DNA of 64,000 nucleotides from Squalus acanthias (Eukaryota). The stretch covers positions 42,100,001-42,164,000 of the forward strand of contig CM059432.1 of the NCBI GenBank assembly GCA_030390025.1, written 5' to 3'. Under the pieces are notes generated by a model. It worked only from the letters and a program-made list of their open reading frames with translations, did no database searches and was not told the origin of the DNA. Shown piece by piece: positions 35,661-49,377 of this stretch. Positions within the stretch are counted from its first letter, which is position 1, and each line of letters begins with the position of its first letter. Made by a program: the position numbers and the translations under genes.

Positions 35661-37130
35661 GGAATGCGTGACTGACAGTTAGCAGAGTAGGGGAATCCTA
35701 GTAGATGCAGGGAAGGAGGAACCACAGAATCTGGTCCTGTCCAACAGGTACGATGTGCTAGTTACCTGTGAGGATAAGAAGAAAGGCTGCGGGAAGGACA
35801 GCCAGAATGCTGCCCTAGGCACTGTGGAGTAAAAGGTAGTTTGGGGGCGGGGGGTGGGGGGGAGGGGGGGGGGGAGAGCAGTGGAGCAGAATAGAAAGGA
35901 TGTATTTATAGGGGATTTGATAATTAGGGGAATAGAGAATATTCTCTGCAGTCCAGAAAGATGTATTTCCCACCCACAGTCCCAGGGTAAGGGATATCCT
36001 GAAGCAGCTGGAAAAGAACTTGGAAAGGGAAGGGGAAGAACCAGTTTGTTGTAATCCATGTTGGAACCAATGACATAGGGAGGAACAGTGAGGATGCCCT
36101 GCTGAGGAATTTTCAGGAACTAGGAACTAAATTAAAAAGCAGGACCTTGAGCATGGTAATCTCCAGATTACTACCTGAACCATATGCTAATTGACATAGG
36201 GATAAACAGATCAGGAAAAAAAATGCGTGGCTGAAAGACTGGTGTGGGAATGAGGGGTTCCATTTCAATGGACACTGGCACCAGTACTGTGACAGGAAGG
36301 AACTGTACTGCTGGGGCAGGCCACACCTGAACTGGGCTGGGACCAAGGTCCTAGCAGAAAGGTGAAATAGGACTGTAGGAAGGACTTTAAACCTGTAAAG
36401 AAGAGGGTTCAGGTAAAAATCATAGTGGAAATAATAGTAACCTAAAGATAAGAAAAAGGGAAGAAAGCAAAGGTCAGAGTACCATAAGTAATAAAGATAT
36501 GGCCCAGAATTTGCTCGAAAAATAAAGCCGTGTGAAAGTCGCATGCCATTATTAATGTACAAATTGGCCAACAACTTGTAGCGAGGAAGAGATAACCCAT
36601 GAATCGTTTCGCAAAACCAACATCTTGCCCTTAACTTTCCCGTGATTTTCATGAAGTTGCTGCATTTGCACATTAATTGCCCATTAAACTCGCCACAAAA
36701 AGTTAAGTCTTCTAATTAATAGCACAAGTACCCTTTTAAAGATGTGATAATGTAATGACTGCTAATCAACCTCTCTTGCTCAGAAAGTGAACAATTAAAA
36801 GTGTGGAGTCTCATTCCTTCAGGTAGTGAATTGTTGGACAAATGTTTTTAGAGCTGAAGGGTGCAGGAACAAGTCTAACTAACAGGGCACGCCATGAGAT
36901 GCCCCGCTCCAGTAGATTCTGGGCCAATATAAATACTCCGGGTCCAGAAAAGGTTATAGGAAGTAACAAGAAAATACCTGATAAAAATAAAGCAGGAGCA
37001 ATGAAAAATAAAAACATATTAAATTGCCTGTATAGCAATGTACAGAGCATCAACAACAAAAGTGTGATAGATCAAAAAGTGTGAGAAATGTACCAAAAGG
37101 GGAGAGTGGGGATAGTTACCCTGTACACGA
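35660..37130 (+). mobile_element. 5' part of a CR1 LINE: decayed ORF1 (SGNH esterase-like) and start of the ORF2 endonuclease
   Basis: LSNRYDVL, IGDLIIRG, VVIHVGTNDIG and PHLNWAG remnants, then LNCLYSNVQSINNK near 37020. Confidence 0.75.
36501..36925. mobile_element. Harbinger-type MITE inserted between CR1 ORF1 and ORF2
   Basis: TIRs GGCCCAGAATTTGCT / AGTAGATTCTGGGCC. Flanks TAT / AAT. Confidence 0.75.
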
Positions 37131-37134
37131 ATGC

Positions 37135-38400
37135 ACGTCTTTTGGATGAGACATTAAACCGAGGCCCTGTCTGCCTTCTCAGGAGGGTGTAAAAGATCCC
37201 ATGGTACTATTTCGAAGAAGATTTAGATATGAATGTAGAAGGTATGATCAATAAGTTCGCAGATGACACGAAAATTGGTGGAGTGGTAAATAGCGAGGAG
37301 GGAAGCCTCAGGCTACAGGACGATAGACGGGTTGGTCAGATGGGCAGAACAGTGGCAAATGGAATTTAACCCTGAAAAGTGTGAGGTGATGCATTTTGGG
37401 AGGACTAACAAGGCAAGGGAATACACAATGAATGGCAGGACCCTAGGAAGGACAGAGGATCAGAGGGCCCTTGGTGTGCATGTACATAGATCCCTGAAGG
37501 CAGCAGGACAGCTAGATAAGGTGGTTAAAAAGGCATATGGGATACTTGCCTTCATTAGCCGAGGCATAGAATATAAGAGCAGGGAGATTATGATGGAGCT
37601 GTACAAAACGCTAGTTAGGCCACAGCTGGAATACTGTGTGCAGTTCTGGTCGCCACACTATAGGAGGGAAGTGATTGCATTGGCAAGGGTGCAGAGGAAA
37701 TTCACCAGGATGTTACCTGGGCTGGAGTGCTTCAGCTATGAAGAGAGACTGGACAGGCTGGGGTTGTTTTCCTTAGAGCAGGGAAGGCTGGGGGGGAACC
37801 TGATTGAGGTGTACAAAATTATGAGGGGCATAGATAGGGTAGATAGAAAGGAACTTTTCCCCTTAGTAGAGGGGTCAATAACCAGGGGGCATAGTTTCAA
37901 GGTAAGGGGCAGAAGGTTTAGAGGGGATTTGAGGAAAAACTTTTTCACCCAGAGGGTGGTTGGAATCTGGAACTCACTGCCTGAAAGTGTGGTAGAGGCA
38001 GGAACCCTCACAACATTCAAAAAGCATTTAGATGAGCACTTGAAACGCCATAGCATACAAGGCTACAGACCAAGTGCTGGAAAATGGGATTAGAATAAAC
38101 AGGGCTTGATGGCCGGCGCAGACACGATGGGCCGAAGGGCCTCTTTCTGTGCTGTATAACTCTATGACTCTAAGAGCAGGGGAGTTCTCCCTGGTGTCCT
38201 GGCCAATATTTATCCCTCAACCAACATCACTAAAGGGTAGATTGTCTGATCATTGTTACGTTGCTGTTTCTGGGAGCTTGCTGTGTGTGGGTTGGCTGCC
38301 TCGTTTCCTATATTGCAGCAATGATTGCGCTGTAAAAAGTGATGGTTGTAAAGTGCTTTGGGACGTCCTTGAGTTCGTGACAGGCACTGTAAAATGCAAG
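37135..38400 (+). mobile_element. Deu-domain SINE split by a CR1 insertion
   Basis: 37135-37221 and 38172-38400 join into the family seen at 25185-25639. Confidence 0.75.
37222..38171 (+). mobile_element. 5'-truncated CR1 LINE with open ORF2 C-terminus (37332-38093) and 3' tail
   Basis: WQMEFNPEKCEVMHFG...FFTQRVVGIWNSLP. Tail CTCTATGACTCT. AAGA TSD at 37218-37221 and 38172-38175. Confidence 0.9.
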
Positions 38401-38549
38401 TTTTTTCAATCTTTAGCATAAGGAATAAAACAAGCAAGTTAGAAGTACAAATTCAGCTTAAAGGGTATGATCAGCCATGGTCTAATTGAATGGTAGAACA
38501 GGCTCGAGAGGCTGAATGGCCTCCTCCCGCTCCTATGTAATAGCTATTA

Positions 38550-40690
38550 TAGAGGACTGGCTATAAGCCATAGGCGGGTTTGAATACCAGCTCTGTTGCA
38601 GAGGACTCAGATGCAGACTTCGAAGACCTAGCCTACCGAAGAAGGCTGATAGGCATATACCAGGTAATGTTAAGTGCACTGGGCAGCCTGTCAGCGAGCC
38701 TGCAGATAATGTTGCAGAGTATGCAGAAGTCGAGCTTCAACTTGTGTCAAGGCTTCGCGGAGATCATGGACATCATTCTGTGCAACATGGATCGAGCGGT
38801 CAGCTCCATTAACACCATGCTAATTCTGCCCGTCATGGAGCCTCTCCTTACAGCTCTCACAGTTGCCATGGAAGCTCAGTCAGTTTCCACCTTGGCTTTA
38901 GGGGCCACTGTTGACAGGGGCTTCCAGAGTGTCACCTCATTCCTGCACTCTGATCTTGCGCAGCGCCGCAGGAGTGCTGAGGCACAGTCTCAGGGGAGTG
39001 GCCTTGGCTCCATGGAGTGGCACCTGCTGTCACCTCTCAGGATGACAGCATGCCTGCTCCCCCACCACCCACTCTGCCAGTGTCCTTGTTAGTAATACAC
39101 AGTGAGCTGGGCCAGCTTGCCACGGCCTACCCATAGATGCTGCAATCTGCAGCTGGGCCCTCAAGGCCCACAGCTGCTCGAGGACGCCCACCATGACCAT
39201 CTGAAGTGTTATCAGTGGAAGCTCAGCAGCCTTCTACTCCCCAAGCTGCAACCACTAGCACATAAGACACGCACGAAGGGCTTGCACAAGGTTGACTCAT
39301 AAATATTTCTGTTCACTGTTAGATACAGATGGAATTGAATTGTTTGATAAATTTGTTATTTGTTTTGGATTTGGTGTTGGTGTTTGTAGTGAAGTGAGGA
39401 CAAGACCCATAAGGCTGGACTGAATGAAAGCAGTCGGATGGTGGTAGTAAGGATGATGGTAAGAATTGTGGGACTGTTGGTGTATTGGGGATTGGAGGGA
39501 TGGTTTAGGTGAATAGCTCTTTGATGAGTAGCTCTTTAAAAGCTCCAGCAGCTGGGGCATTGGTGGTCGATGCCTCACCTACTCTTCTTCTTCTTCATGC
39601 TCCTTCTCCTTATCATCCTCCTCCTCCTGCTGCACTTCTTGTTGCCCAGGTGCTGGTAAGGACTGGCCCCCAATGAAAGCAAGATTATGGAGCATGCAAC
39701 AGATGACCACAAATCTGGATACTCGCTCAGGGGTGTCCTGTAAAGCTCCCCCGGAATGGCCCAGGCAGTGGAAGCGTTGCTTGAGCATGCCAATTGCTTG
39801 TTCAATCACGTTTCTTGTGGCTGCATGGCTCTCATTATAGGCATGCTCTGCAACTGTGCATGGGTTCCTGACAGGAGTCATGAGTGGATAGCTTATGTCC
39901 CCCAGTAGCCAGCCTGTATCTTGACAGCCTGGTTGGAATAAAGGCAGCACAGAGGACTGGTGCAGGAAGAAACAGTCATGACTGAAGCCAGGATATCGGG
40001 CACAGGCCTACATGATGCTCTGCCTGAGGTCGCAAACCAGCTGCCCATTGAGGGAATGGAATCCCTTACAATTGATAAAGGTGCCAGACGGGTGAGGGGG
40101 AGGACCTAAGGTGGATGTAATCTATGGCACCTTGCACCCTGGGGAAGCCTGCGATGCAAGCAAATCCTAGTGCTCTTTTGTCCTGTTTTGCTCTGTCCAT
40201 GAGGAATGGGTTGTAGGTGTCCCTCCTGATGTAGTGAGCCTCAGTGACCTCAGCGGTAGACTGTGAACTGGGATATGTCGCTGATATCACCTGCTGCAGC
40301 ATGGAAGGAGCCCATGGCATACAAATTAAGGGCCACGGTGACCTTGACAGCCACAGGCAGTGTTGTCCATGCTCTGATCTGAGGCTCAAGTTGTGGTTGC
40401 AGCAGGTGACATAGCTCAGTGACATCCTCCTTTGTGAAGTGAAGGCACCTCCTACATTGCTCCTTAGTGAAGTTCATGCAGGGGAAGTGCTCCCTGTATA
40501 TCTGCTGTGGATATGGCCTCCTGCGCAGTGCCCTCCTCCTCGTCTCTCTTGTGGCAGCTGCTCCTGCTCTCTGCTGTCATCCTTGCCTTTCCCCCTCGTC
40601 CACTAGTCCCGAAGGCAGCCCTACCAGACCACCCATGACAATAATGGGACTTAAGAGAGGCAAATAACCAGGACAGGATGGTTTGCACCC
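38550..40690 (-). pseudogene. Degenerate Harbinger core: ORF2 remnant (+, about 38580-39290) and transposase pseudogene (-, about 39540-40640); no TIRs found
   Basis: [29 protein letters not shown] and RNVIEQAIGMLKQRF in broken frames. Confidence 0.85.
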
Positions 40691-42075
40691 CAAGATATTA
40701 TAAGCAATATGTGAGGAAATTGCAGATGCGTTAGTCACAATTTACCAAATCTTTCTTGATTCTGGAATTGTGCCATTGGATTGGAAAATTGCAAATGTCA
40801 CTCCATTAGAAAGAGTCAACATGGATTTGTGAAGGGTAGATCATGCCTGACTAATCTAGTTGAATTTTTGGAGGAGGTTACTAATACGTGGATAAGGGAG
40901 GCTTATGGATGTTATCTATATTGACTTCCAGAAGGGATTTGACAAAGTTCCGCACAAGAGATTATTAGCAAAAATGAAAGTGCATGGAATTGGAGGCAAG
41001 CTTGCGACATGGGTTAAAAATTGATTTGGAGGTCGAAAACAGAGAATAGGAACATACTCGGAATAGTGGGCTGTGGCAAATGTTGTCCCCAGGGATCTGT
41101 ACTGAGGCCTCAGCTTTTAACAATATATATCAATGACTTGGATGAAGGAATAGAGAGTTGTATATCCAAGTTTGCACACTATATGGAGTTGGGAGGTACA
41201 ATAAATTATGCAGTTGGGAGGAGGAAGTTACAAAGGGACATAGATTAAGTGAATGGGCAAAACTGTGGCAAATGGAGTTCAATGCGAAGAAGTGTGAGGG
41301 CATCCACTTTGGATCCAAGAGAGACAAATCAAAGTATTTGATAAATGGTGAGAGACTACGAGCTGTAGAGGAGCAAAGAGATTTGGATGTCCATGTACAC
41401 AGATCACTAAAAGCTAGTGCAAAGGTACAAAAAGTAGTCAAAAAGGCTAATGGAATGTTTCCCTTTATCTCAACGGGGCTGGAATGCAAAGGGGAGGAAG
41501 CTAAGCTTCAGTTGTATAGAGCCTTGGTCAGACCCCATCTGGAGTACTGCGTTCAGTTCTGAGCACCGCATCTTGGGAAGGATATATTGGCCTTGGAAGA
41601 GGTACAGTGCAGATTTACTTGAATTATACCTCGACTTAAAGGTTTAAATTCTGAGGACAGGTTGCATAAACGTGGCTTGTGTTCCCTTGTGTATAGAGGT
41701 TGAGGGATGATCTAATCGATGTGCTTAAAATGATAGAAAATGATAGAAGGATTCGATAGGGTAGATACAGAGAAGCTATTTCCTCTGGTAGGAGAATCCA
41801 GAACAAAGGGGCACAATCTTAAAATTAGAGCTAGGCCATTTAGGAGTGAAATCAGGAGGCACTTTTTCACACATAGGGTAGTGGAAGTCTGGAATGTTCT
41901 TCAACAAAAGGCTGTGGATGTTGAGTCAAGACTGAGATCGATAGTTTTGGTATGTAAGGCTATCAAAGGATATGGATCAAATGGATAAATAGAGTTGAGG
42001 TACAGATCAGCCATGATCTGATTGAATGGCGGAACAGGCTTGAGGGGCTGATTGGCCTATTCCTGTTCCTATGTT
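40690..42075 (+). mobile_element. Degenerate CR1 LINE with 3' end
   Basis: PQGSVL, WQMEFNAKKC, RPHLEYCVQF and FFTHRVVEVWN motifs, followed by a CR1-type 3' UTR. Confidence 0.85.
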
Positions 42076-42487
42076 CCTTTCTAAATATAAATGAAGCTGT
42101 TTTGAAATAATAGATTATCCTGGATGCAGTCAAACAAATTTCTATAAAACTGCTGCACCTTTCAATTTCTAAGTTTTAAAAACTTTTTTTTAACCAATCC
42201 TCTCTTGTAGGAGATAATAATTCAGGGATACAGTTCCATAGGAAGTGGCTGTCCTTGGGTATCTTGTCTGTGCTTGAGCTTTCAACGTGTCGAAAAGGTG
42301 TTCTACTGTATGGGCCATCACAGTGAGGCCCGATCCTGCATGCACCTTTCCAGAATGCACATTGTACAGCTATTGTAAGTATGAGTCCTCACCAACTTCT
42401 CCCCTCTTTAGCTGAAGGACGCCCAAGGCCAGTTGCAGAACCTTCACTGCGACCCTAGTTCAGGTTAACTATGTCACCAAATACTAT

Positions 42488-44222
42488 GGCCGGAATTTTG
42501 CGGGGCTCAGCGGGTGCGATCGGTGGCGGGTCGGGTGGGAAAGTTTTTTTTTTCACAGCGGATCGTGAACCTGACGCCACGCACCTTTCACAATGTCGGT
42601 CTGTCAGTGCTAAGCAGACCCAACACGCAGTGGCGGGAGACCCAATTCAGGTCATTAGTGGCTTCTTTAGAGCCACTTAAGAATGGTTTTCAGCTCACCT
42701 TTTGCATTTGACAGCTCGCCCAAGGTGTCCATGCTGGTCGTGGACCACGTCTGTCGAGCTGAGGCGGGAGTTCAGTGGCCATTGAATCAGCTGTTGAGTT
42801 GACAACTTCAAATGTAAAGTAAAAGCTCCCACCTTACAGAGAAATCTTCCCTCAGCACAAATTCTTCCTCACTGCATTTCCACAACAGATTCACCATGCT
42901 GCAAGTCTTTACACAAGTCTCCATCCAGTCTGACCTCATTACCTCTCCCACCATTGACAGATCGCTTCTGTCATCTCTACTTCACCTGCCATCTATTCCA
43001 TCAGCATGGGTGCCCTTTATACTCTCCCACCTTGGTCCTCAGAATCCCATCACGATCAGCCCCAACACCAGCAGCACCAGGCACACCAGCAGCACCAAGA
43101 ACACCACCAAACTTCTCCGCAATCAACTGATGCTGCACAGGACAGAGGGCATCAGCACCCGACCACATTGCTGCCTGGGACACCAGGGATGGCCTCACCA
43201 TGGCCAGATTTACTTCACTTGACGCTGTACACCCTGGCTGTTACATGATGCACCAGGTTGGCACCACCCCACACCAACACCATAAAGCATCCCTACAATG
43301 CCCAAGCCATTCCGTTCACACTGATCACCATTGTGGGGGATACTATTATGTCTCACCATTCACTGCAATTCACCAAGCCACTTCCAAAGGTGCACACAAA
43401 TCTGTCCAAGAACGCAAAGTGTTGAAAATAAAGGTTTCAATGTTTGACAGCACATTAACAGAAACTTCACATGAACATTGCATAAAACACCCAAGTGCCT
43501 ATCCTTGTGTGTTGTTAGTTGGTATGATTGCACTCGGATGAGGGTGAGTGTGAGGGGTGGCTAGTGAGATGGGGATGTGATGAGAGGCACAGCAGGATGA
43601 GGTTGAGTGTGGCTGGGTGGAGGTGCAAGGTAAGCTGGTGTGAGTGAGGATGTGCAGGAGTAGGGTAGGGACGGCAGAGTGATGGGGATGTGATGAGAGG
43701 CACAGCAGGATGAGGTTGAGTGTGGCTTTGCAGTAACATTTCGTGATCTACTGAAATCATTGAAAGGCTTGCAGCACTGCACCCAGGTCCTCCTGACGAC
43801 ATCCTGCTTGTGCCCTCATCTGTGTTGATCTCCTGGGAAGGTCTCTTCCACCCATGGGAAGGGAAGAGGACCTCCCTGCGTGCTGTGACTCCCTCCATAA
43901 GCATATGGAGGGAGTCATGGGAGAGCCTGGATGCAGCCCTGTGCCTTTGTGCAGTCATTGTCAGTGTTTGCCGAACACTGACAGCACAAATGTCAAAATA
44001 AAATTGGACATGGTCCCTTTAAGGAAACTGGCTGATGATGTGTCATCAAATGACGTCACCAGACCCACTTCCTCTAATTGGCCAGGAAACGCGCTGAGCA
44101 GGCTTAACAAGCCCAATCAAGGGAAATTCATTTCACAGAGCGGGATGGAGCCAGCAGCAGGGTTGGGACCCGCCACCGACGTCGCCCTCACCAGACCTGC
44201 CGAGGTCAGCAAAATTGCGGCC
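42488..44222 (+). mobile_element. Harbinger internal-deletion derivative retaining both gene starts
   Basis: TIRs GGCCGGAATTTTGC / GCAAAATTGCGGCC. Gln/His-rich transposase N-terminus at 43006 (+) and Myb exon 1 remnant at 43958 (-), similar to the 54851-59022 family. TSD not conserved. Confidence 0.85.
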
Positions 44223-44625
44223 TCGGCAGGTCAATCCTAGCAGTACTGTTTTGTAGCTTGATGCTTTAAGCTGTGTGGCCACACGGCCTGGAGCTCACCG
44301 CGTAGGCCACTCGTTGGAATATCCGCGCATGCACGAACATTTGAATGGGCCACGCAGCCACTTAAAGGGGCCACACACCCAAAAAAATTACAGGGAACAT
44401 TATATGCATTTATTTACTCAGACAGGAAACCACCAGATTTTTATTTGAAACTGCTTTTTTGTTTTGCCTAATTTTTTGCCCAATGTTCTTCCTGCAAAGA
44501 ATTCCAATGGAAACAAGCTTTTCTTCGATGATTGATTTTTTAATTTTACTTCAGAATACATAATCTCTATTAATACTTTTAGGTAAGATATCTTCTTCAG
44601 TTGTTGTTTTCAGTAAGAGCTTCAA

Positions 44626-45110
44626 AACCAGACTGATACCTGGGATGGCAGGAATGATGTATGAGGAGAGATTGGGTCGATTAGGCTTATATTCGCTGGA
44701 GTTTAGAAGAATGAGAGGGGATCTCATTGAAACTTATAAAATTCTAACAGGGCTAGACAGACTGGATGCAGGAAGGATGTTCCCGAAGGCGGGGAGTCCT
44801 GAACCAGGGGTCACAGTCTAAGGATAGGGGGTAAGCCATTTAGGACTGAGATGAGGAGGAATTTCTTCACCCAGAGAGTGGTGAACCTGTGGAATTCTCT
44901 ACCACAGAAGGCAGTTGAGGCCAAGTCAGTAAATATATTCAAGAAGGAGTTAGATATATTTCTTAAGGCTAAAGGTATCAAGGGATATGGGGAGAAGGCA
45001 GGGACAGGGTACTGAATTTGGATGATCAGCCATGATCTCATTAAATGGCGGAGCAGGCTCGAGGGGCCGAATGGCCTACTCCTGCTCCTATCTTCTATGT
45101 TTCTATGTTT
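44626..45110 (+). mobile_element. CR1 3' fragment with (TTCTATGT)n tail
   Basis: RMRGDLIETYKIL...FFTQRVVNLWNSLP followed by a 3' UTR and an octamer tail. Confidence 0.9.
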
Positions 45111-45873
45111 CTATATAGCTTTCTTTTGAATGAAAACATAAAAAAGTTGACATAAAGAAGCAAATTGCTTCTGAGTCCTTCTGGAATGTATACTAAAGCT
45201 GTTAAAATCAAAAAGCACATGGTGATCATTTTTCCTTTTAGCATATATCTTACACCATAAAATGTCACATATTGCAGTCGTTTCTCAATACAGATCACTT
45301 TAAATACTAAAGTCTAATTTTTATGGATCTATAAAACTACGGCCAGGGCATATAAAAGACACTGATGTGAATTTTATAGCCAATAAATTACACAGCTAAA
45401 GCGAAAATGTTTCTTTCATAAGAAGTGATACTTTGACGCTTAGACATATCCACAAGATCTTAATGCTTTAGCTCCTGCAAACCAGAATGCTGCAAAAACG
45501 GACTTAATTATTATGTACATCACTGCTCCTTGTTGTTTAAAATTGTCAACTTTTTTAACCATCCCTTTTTATTGATGTCTGACAAGATATTGTATGACAG
45601 TAATCCTGCACCCTTATCACAATGCATTTGTGTGTGTATGTGGATATAATTGAAACAGAGGTTAATAATACCCACACTAGTTTACCTAGTGAGATGAATT
45701 GTTAAGAGAATCATAAACTTGGCTTCATATTGAATCTAAGGCATCTAACATCAAAATCATAACAAACTAAATTTAATTAATTTTAAATACATCAGCTGTT
45801 CTAGAAAGAACTTAAGTCCGAAGTTGTACACATGGCCAATTCATGCATAGTTCACATCCTTGGTCCACTCAAT

Positions 45874-46047
45874 GGGGGGAGTTTTGACTTTGGGTGATAG
45901 TGTAAAATGAACAATATCAATTCAGCTACCCGTTATACATCTCTCCAGATTGAAGTCAATGGAAATGAAAATCGGGAGAGATGTATAATGAAATGCTGAA
46001 TCGATATCACTCGTTTTACACTATCACCCAAAGTCAAAATTACCCTC
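45874..46047. mobile_element. Palindromic 174-bp MITE
   Basis: Arms TTTTGACTTTGGGTGATAGTGTAAAA / TTTTACACTATCACCCAAAGTCAAAA and TTATACATCTCTCC / GGAGAGATGTATAA. AAT TSD at 45871-45873 and 46048-46050. Confidence 0.9.
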
Positions 46048-48175
46048 AATGTGTGATATCACCACATCATACAAACCTTGCTATGGTCTGCCACCTCAAG
46101 GACTTTCACCTCCGAGCAACCTCTTTGATCTGAAAGGATGGGGAGGCAAATAAGCTTCTCCAAACTCTTTATTGCTCTTGCCATTTTGTAGTCTGTAGCA
46201 GGTGTGCTTGCAATGGTATGAGACAGTCATGCCAGTTTTTCTTGAACTATTTAGAAGGTTTAAGCTCTATAAAACATGGCCTGATTGCAGTCACCTCTCT
46301 GCAACTCTCCCATAACTCACAGAGCCAATTAGTTTGGGTAAGTCTTCTTCTTCAGCTGTGTGTCTGAGCAAGAATCCATTCTGTGTTCTGACACACCACC
46401 TGAGTCCTGTGACCAGCTAATAGCACTGCTTCAAGGGCAAACACATCACAACACCCTTCAATTCACTTCACATTCCTCCTTCCAAGAAAAAAAATGGATC
46501 TGTAGGCACGAAAGTCATTTAGCCAAAAATAAAGAGCAAAAGACTCTTTGCTATATAATGTTTTGAGCTCTTTGCCATAATGCGCTGCATGCACCCATTT
46601 TGTCATCGCTTTGGGTCATCCTTGTTCACAATTGGTTATTTATTCAAGGCCTTTTGAAATTATCGAGTTGACACATCTGTCAGACTGCAAGAAGAGAAAT
46701 GGTAAAAGGTCACTCAGAGAGATACCAGCTGCTACAGACAAGCCTTTTGCCTTCAAATAGCACAATCATTACAGTCTGACAGATGGGGCTTCTACTTTCC
46801 TTTCTATTGCTTCCCTTGACTCAGGTGATTAGATACAATACCTCATTGCCAGGTCAAGCTCTTCTGCAATTACCTGCACAATAAGACACTCTACTACTTG
46901 AGAATATAAATCATCTGTTCGGCAAAGGAGGACTCTTTTGTCCTCACAAACAGAATTTCTGTTTCCTCTTACGTGCTTGTAATAAATGTTTCGATTACTT
47001 GGGTTATTTCTCAGCAGCTACAGTAGCAGAAGGATGTGTTAGATTTTACAAAGTAAAGATATTGTATTAATGAGAAAGACTTTTGGCACACAGCTGGCTA
47101 TAAGATTACCTACTGTCGGATTTTTGTAAAGAATAACCTACTAATGTTTAAATAACATTCCTTCGCTGAACAGGGCCAAAATCACATTAGACTGTCTATT
47201 TGTTCTCATAGCTTTCATTACAAAATTGAAGATTGATTTGAGACTAATGAAGCCTATTTGGAAATCTGTTGCAGACCCATAAAAATGTGTATTCTATGCA
47301 ATTTTTCAGCATTTTCCATCGGAGCAGATATTTGTGAATTGTTATAGTAGCAGGCTATTACATACTGAACAATTATGGAAATAGATGTTGGCTGTGGGGG
47401 TTCAGCTCTACAGGCTTTACCCTCAAATAGCACCACACTGATCATCAATATTGGTTACCATTTTAACAAAATCATTTATTTTCCATGAGAATGTGCTCAA
47501 GCCATTTTTCGGACTAAACTTTTAAATTACCCCCAAGTACACAAGGCTTGAAATGACTTTGAGCCAACAACAAATGCATTAAATGAGAACTAATCCTTTC
47601 CCAGTTTTTTTCAACATACAGGAATACAAAACTTTGCTCTGTCGGCTTTCGGCAAAATCAGGTGTGTTACAATTTAATCCTCAGCTGAAGAGCTAATCAC
47701 AACACATCTACAATAATGTTGTTGAGCCACTTGTTAAGCTGCTCCCATGGAATTCAGGATCTCAAGACTGTAAAATGTTGGCTAATGTTACTGTGTATTG
47801 TGCATGCCTCTAGTGCTTTTTTTCTGATTATCCCAGGTACAAGGGCACAAAACCAATATAGCCTGAAGGCTTTGCATTAGCTCAGATTCATAATTTCAAC
47901 CATTTTACTTTTTACATTCAAAAATAGTAACCCAAAATAAAATAATTATTTTCAGGAGTGCTTCTTGCTGTCCTTTTCATAAGGCATATCGTCAGCTACA
48001 AGGTAAATATGCATCAATTGCTGGACATGGCCAGCTACTTTACAAAACTGATGGTTTGCATTAGGAATGTGAAACTTTACACTATTATGCCCAGGAAATG
48101 TGATTAAGTAGTGTCTGGCATATTGTGAATGTTTTGTAAGGTTGAGTACATCATCATGATATTTGCAAACTTTGT

Positions 48176-48919
48176 GGCCCAGAAATTGATCTCGCTCTGT
48201 TCCCGCGGGGGTAAGGCTTTCCCGCGATCTCTCACCTCGCTTGTGCTTTTTCAGATCCAGCTCGCACGAACTTGATGTTCTAGAGATCAGCTGGGCAGTG
48301 CTTGCGTATCCCAGCGGCGTAGTGAATTCGTGCGAGCTGTGGGATCACGTGACTCAGTTAGAGCCAATGGCAGCACACCATCTTCCATTCATAAGTTTCA
48401 CATACTGCTGTGAAATCTATGAATCTTACCCCCCCCCAAAATAACAGCTAAACCTCAATTAAATTAAAAAAAAAAAACCATCACATTAATAAAATAAGTA
48501 TAGTTAATTAAATTAACCATTTTAAATAAAAAATTACATTTTTGAAAAAATTTAAAATCTTTTAAAAAGTTATAAAAATAAACTTACCTGTCTTTAAAGT
48601 CTCTAAAAAAGATATACCTGTTAAAAAAAATTCAAAAAAATACTTAATTCACTACTTACCTTCTTAAAAGTGGGTCTCACTCCTCCTTTTTACATTTCTA
48701 AAATCTTCAGTACTTACCTGCGCGTCCAAAGCATGAAGTGCACAGCGTGCGCGCAGCCTGTAGCGCGCACGCGATGCACCGAGGAACCGCCCCCTTTTCA
48801 AAAGAGCAATTGCCGGTTTTCAGCGCATGCGCAGGGCATGCAGAAAACCGGCAATTGGAGTGGGAATACGCGAGAGTACGCAGTGCGTACTCTCGGGTTG
48901 CGGGATCAATTTCTGGGCC
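48176..48919 (-). mobile_element. Harbinger-type MITE, copy 2 (inverted relative to 126-868)
   Basis: Perfect 16-bp TIR GGCCCAGAAATTGATC. Collinear with the reverse complement of 126-868. The flanks TGT/ATT do not form a clean TSD. Confidence 0.92.
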
Positions 48920-49377
48920 ATTATTTTGAATTGTTATTAATAAAAAAGTCAAAAAGCATGGACGTATTCCTGAATTGGCATTTAGAGATAAACAACCCCT
49001 GTGCTCAATTCAGAAAGATTCATGTTGACAAATCATAATCTGTAAATATGTCTGATACTCAGACATCTTTTTTATTTAGGCTCCCCAATTTGAATGCCTG
49101 TATTGTATGCAAAAGTAAAATTCATTCATACTAATAGCAGGTTGAATTCAACAGATGCAGTAAATTTTGTCAGCCCATTAATAACATGCTGATTCCGTGT
49201 TCATAATCATTACATACAATGAAAATTTTGCATTATAATAGAATTTTATAGACTACTCGCGAGCTTTGCCTTCTTTTCTGCTATGCTGTATCACAGAAAC
49301 ATAACTGATGGCCTTGACATCAATGGTAACATATGCTGCAGGCATCTACATGGGATGTTTGTGGCACATGGAGTAAA

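Noticed and set aside
47634..47668. Resemblance to the U2 snRNA 5' end (TCGGCTTTCGGCAAAATCAGGTGT)
   Set aside because: Short, with gaps and mismatches and no downstream U2 sequence. At most a decayed fragment, and chance cannot be excluded.
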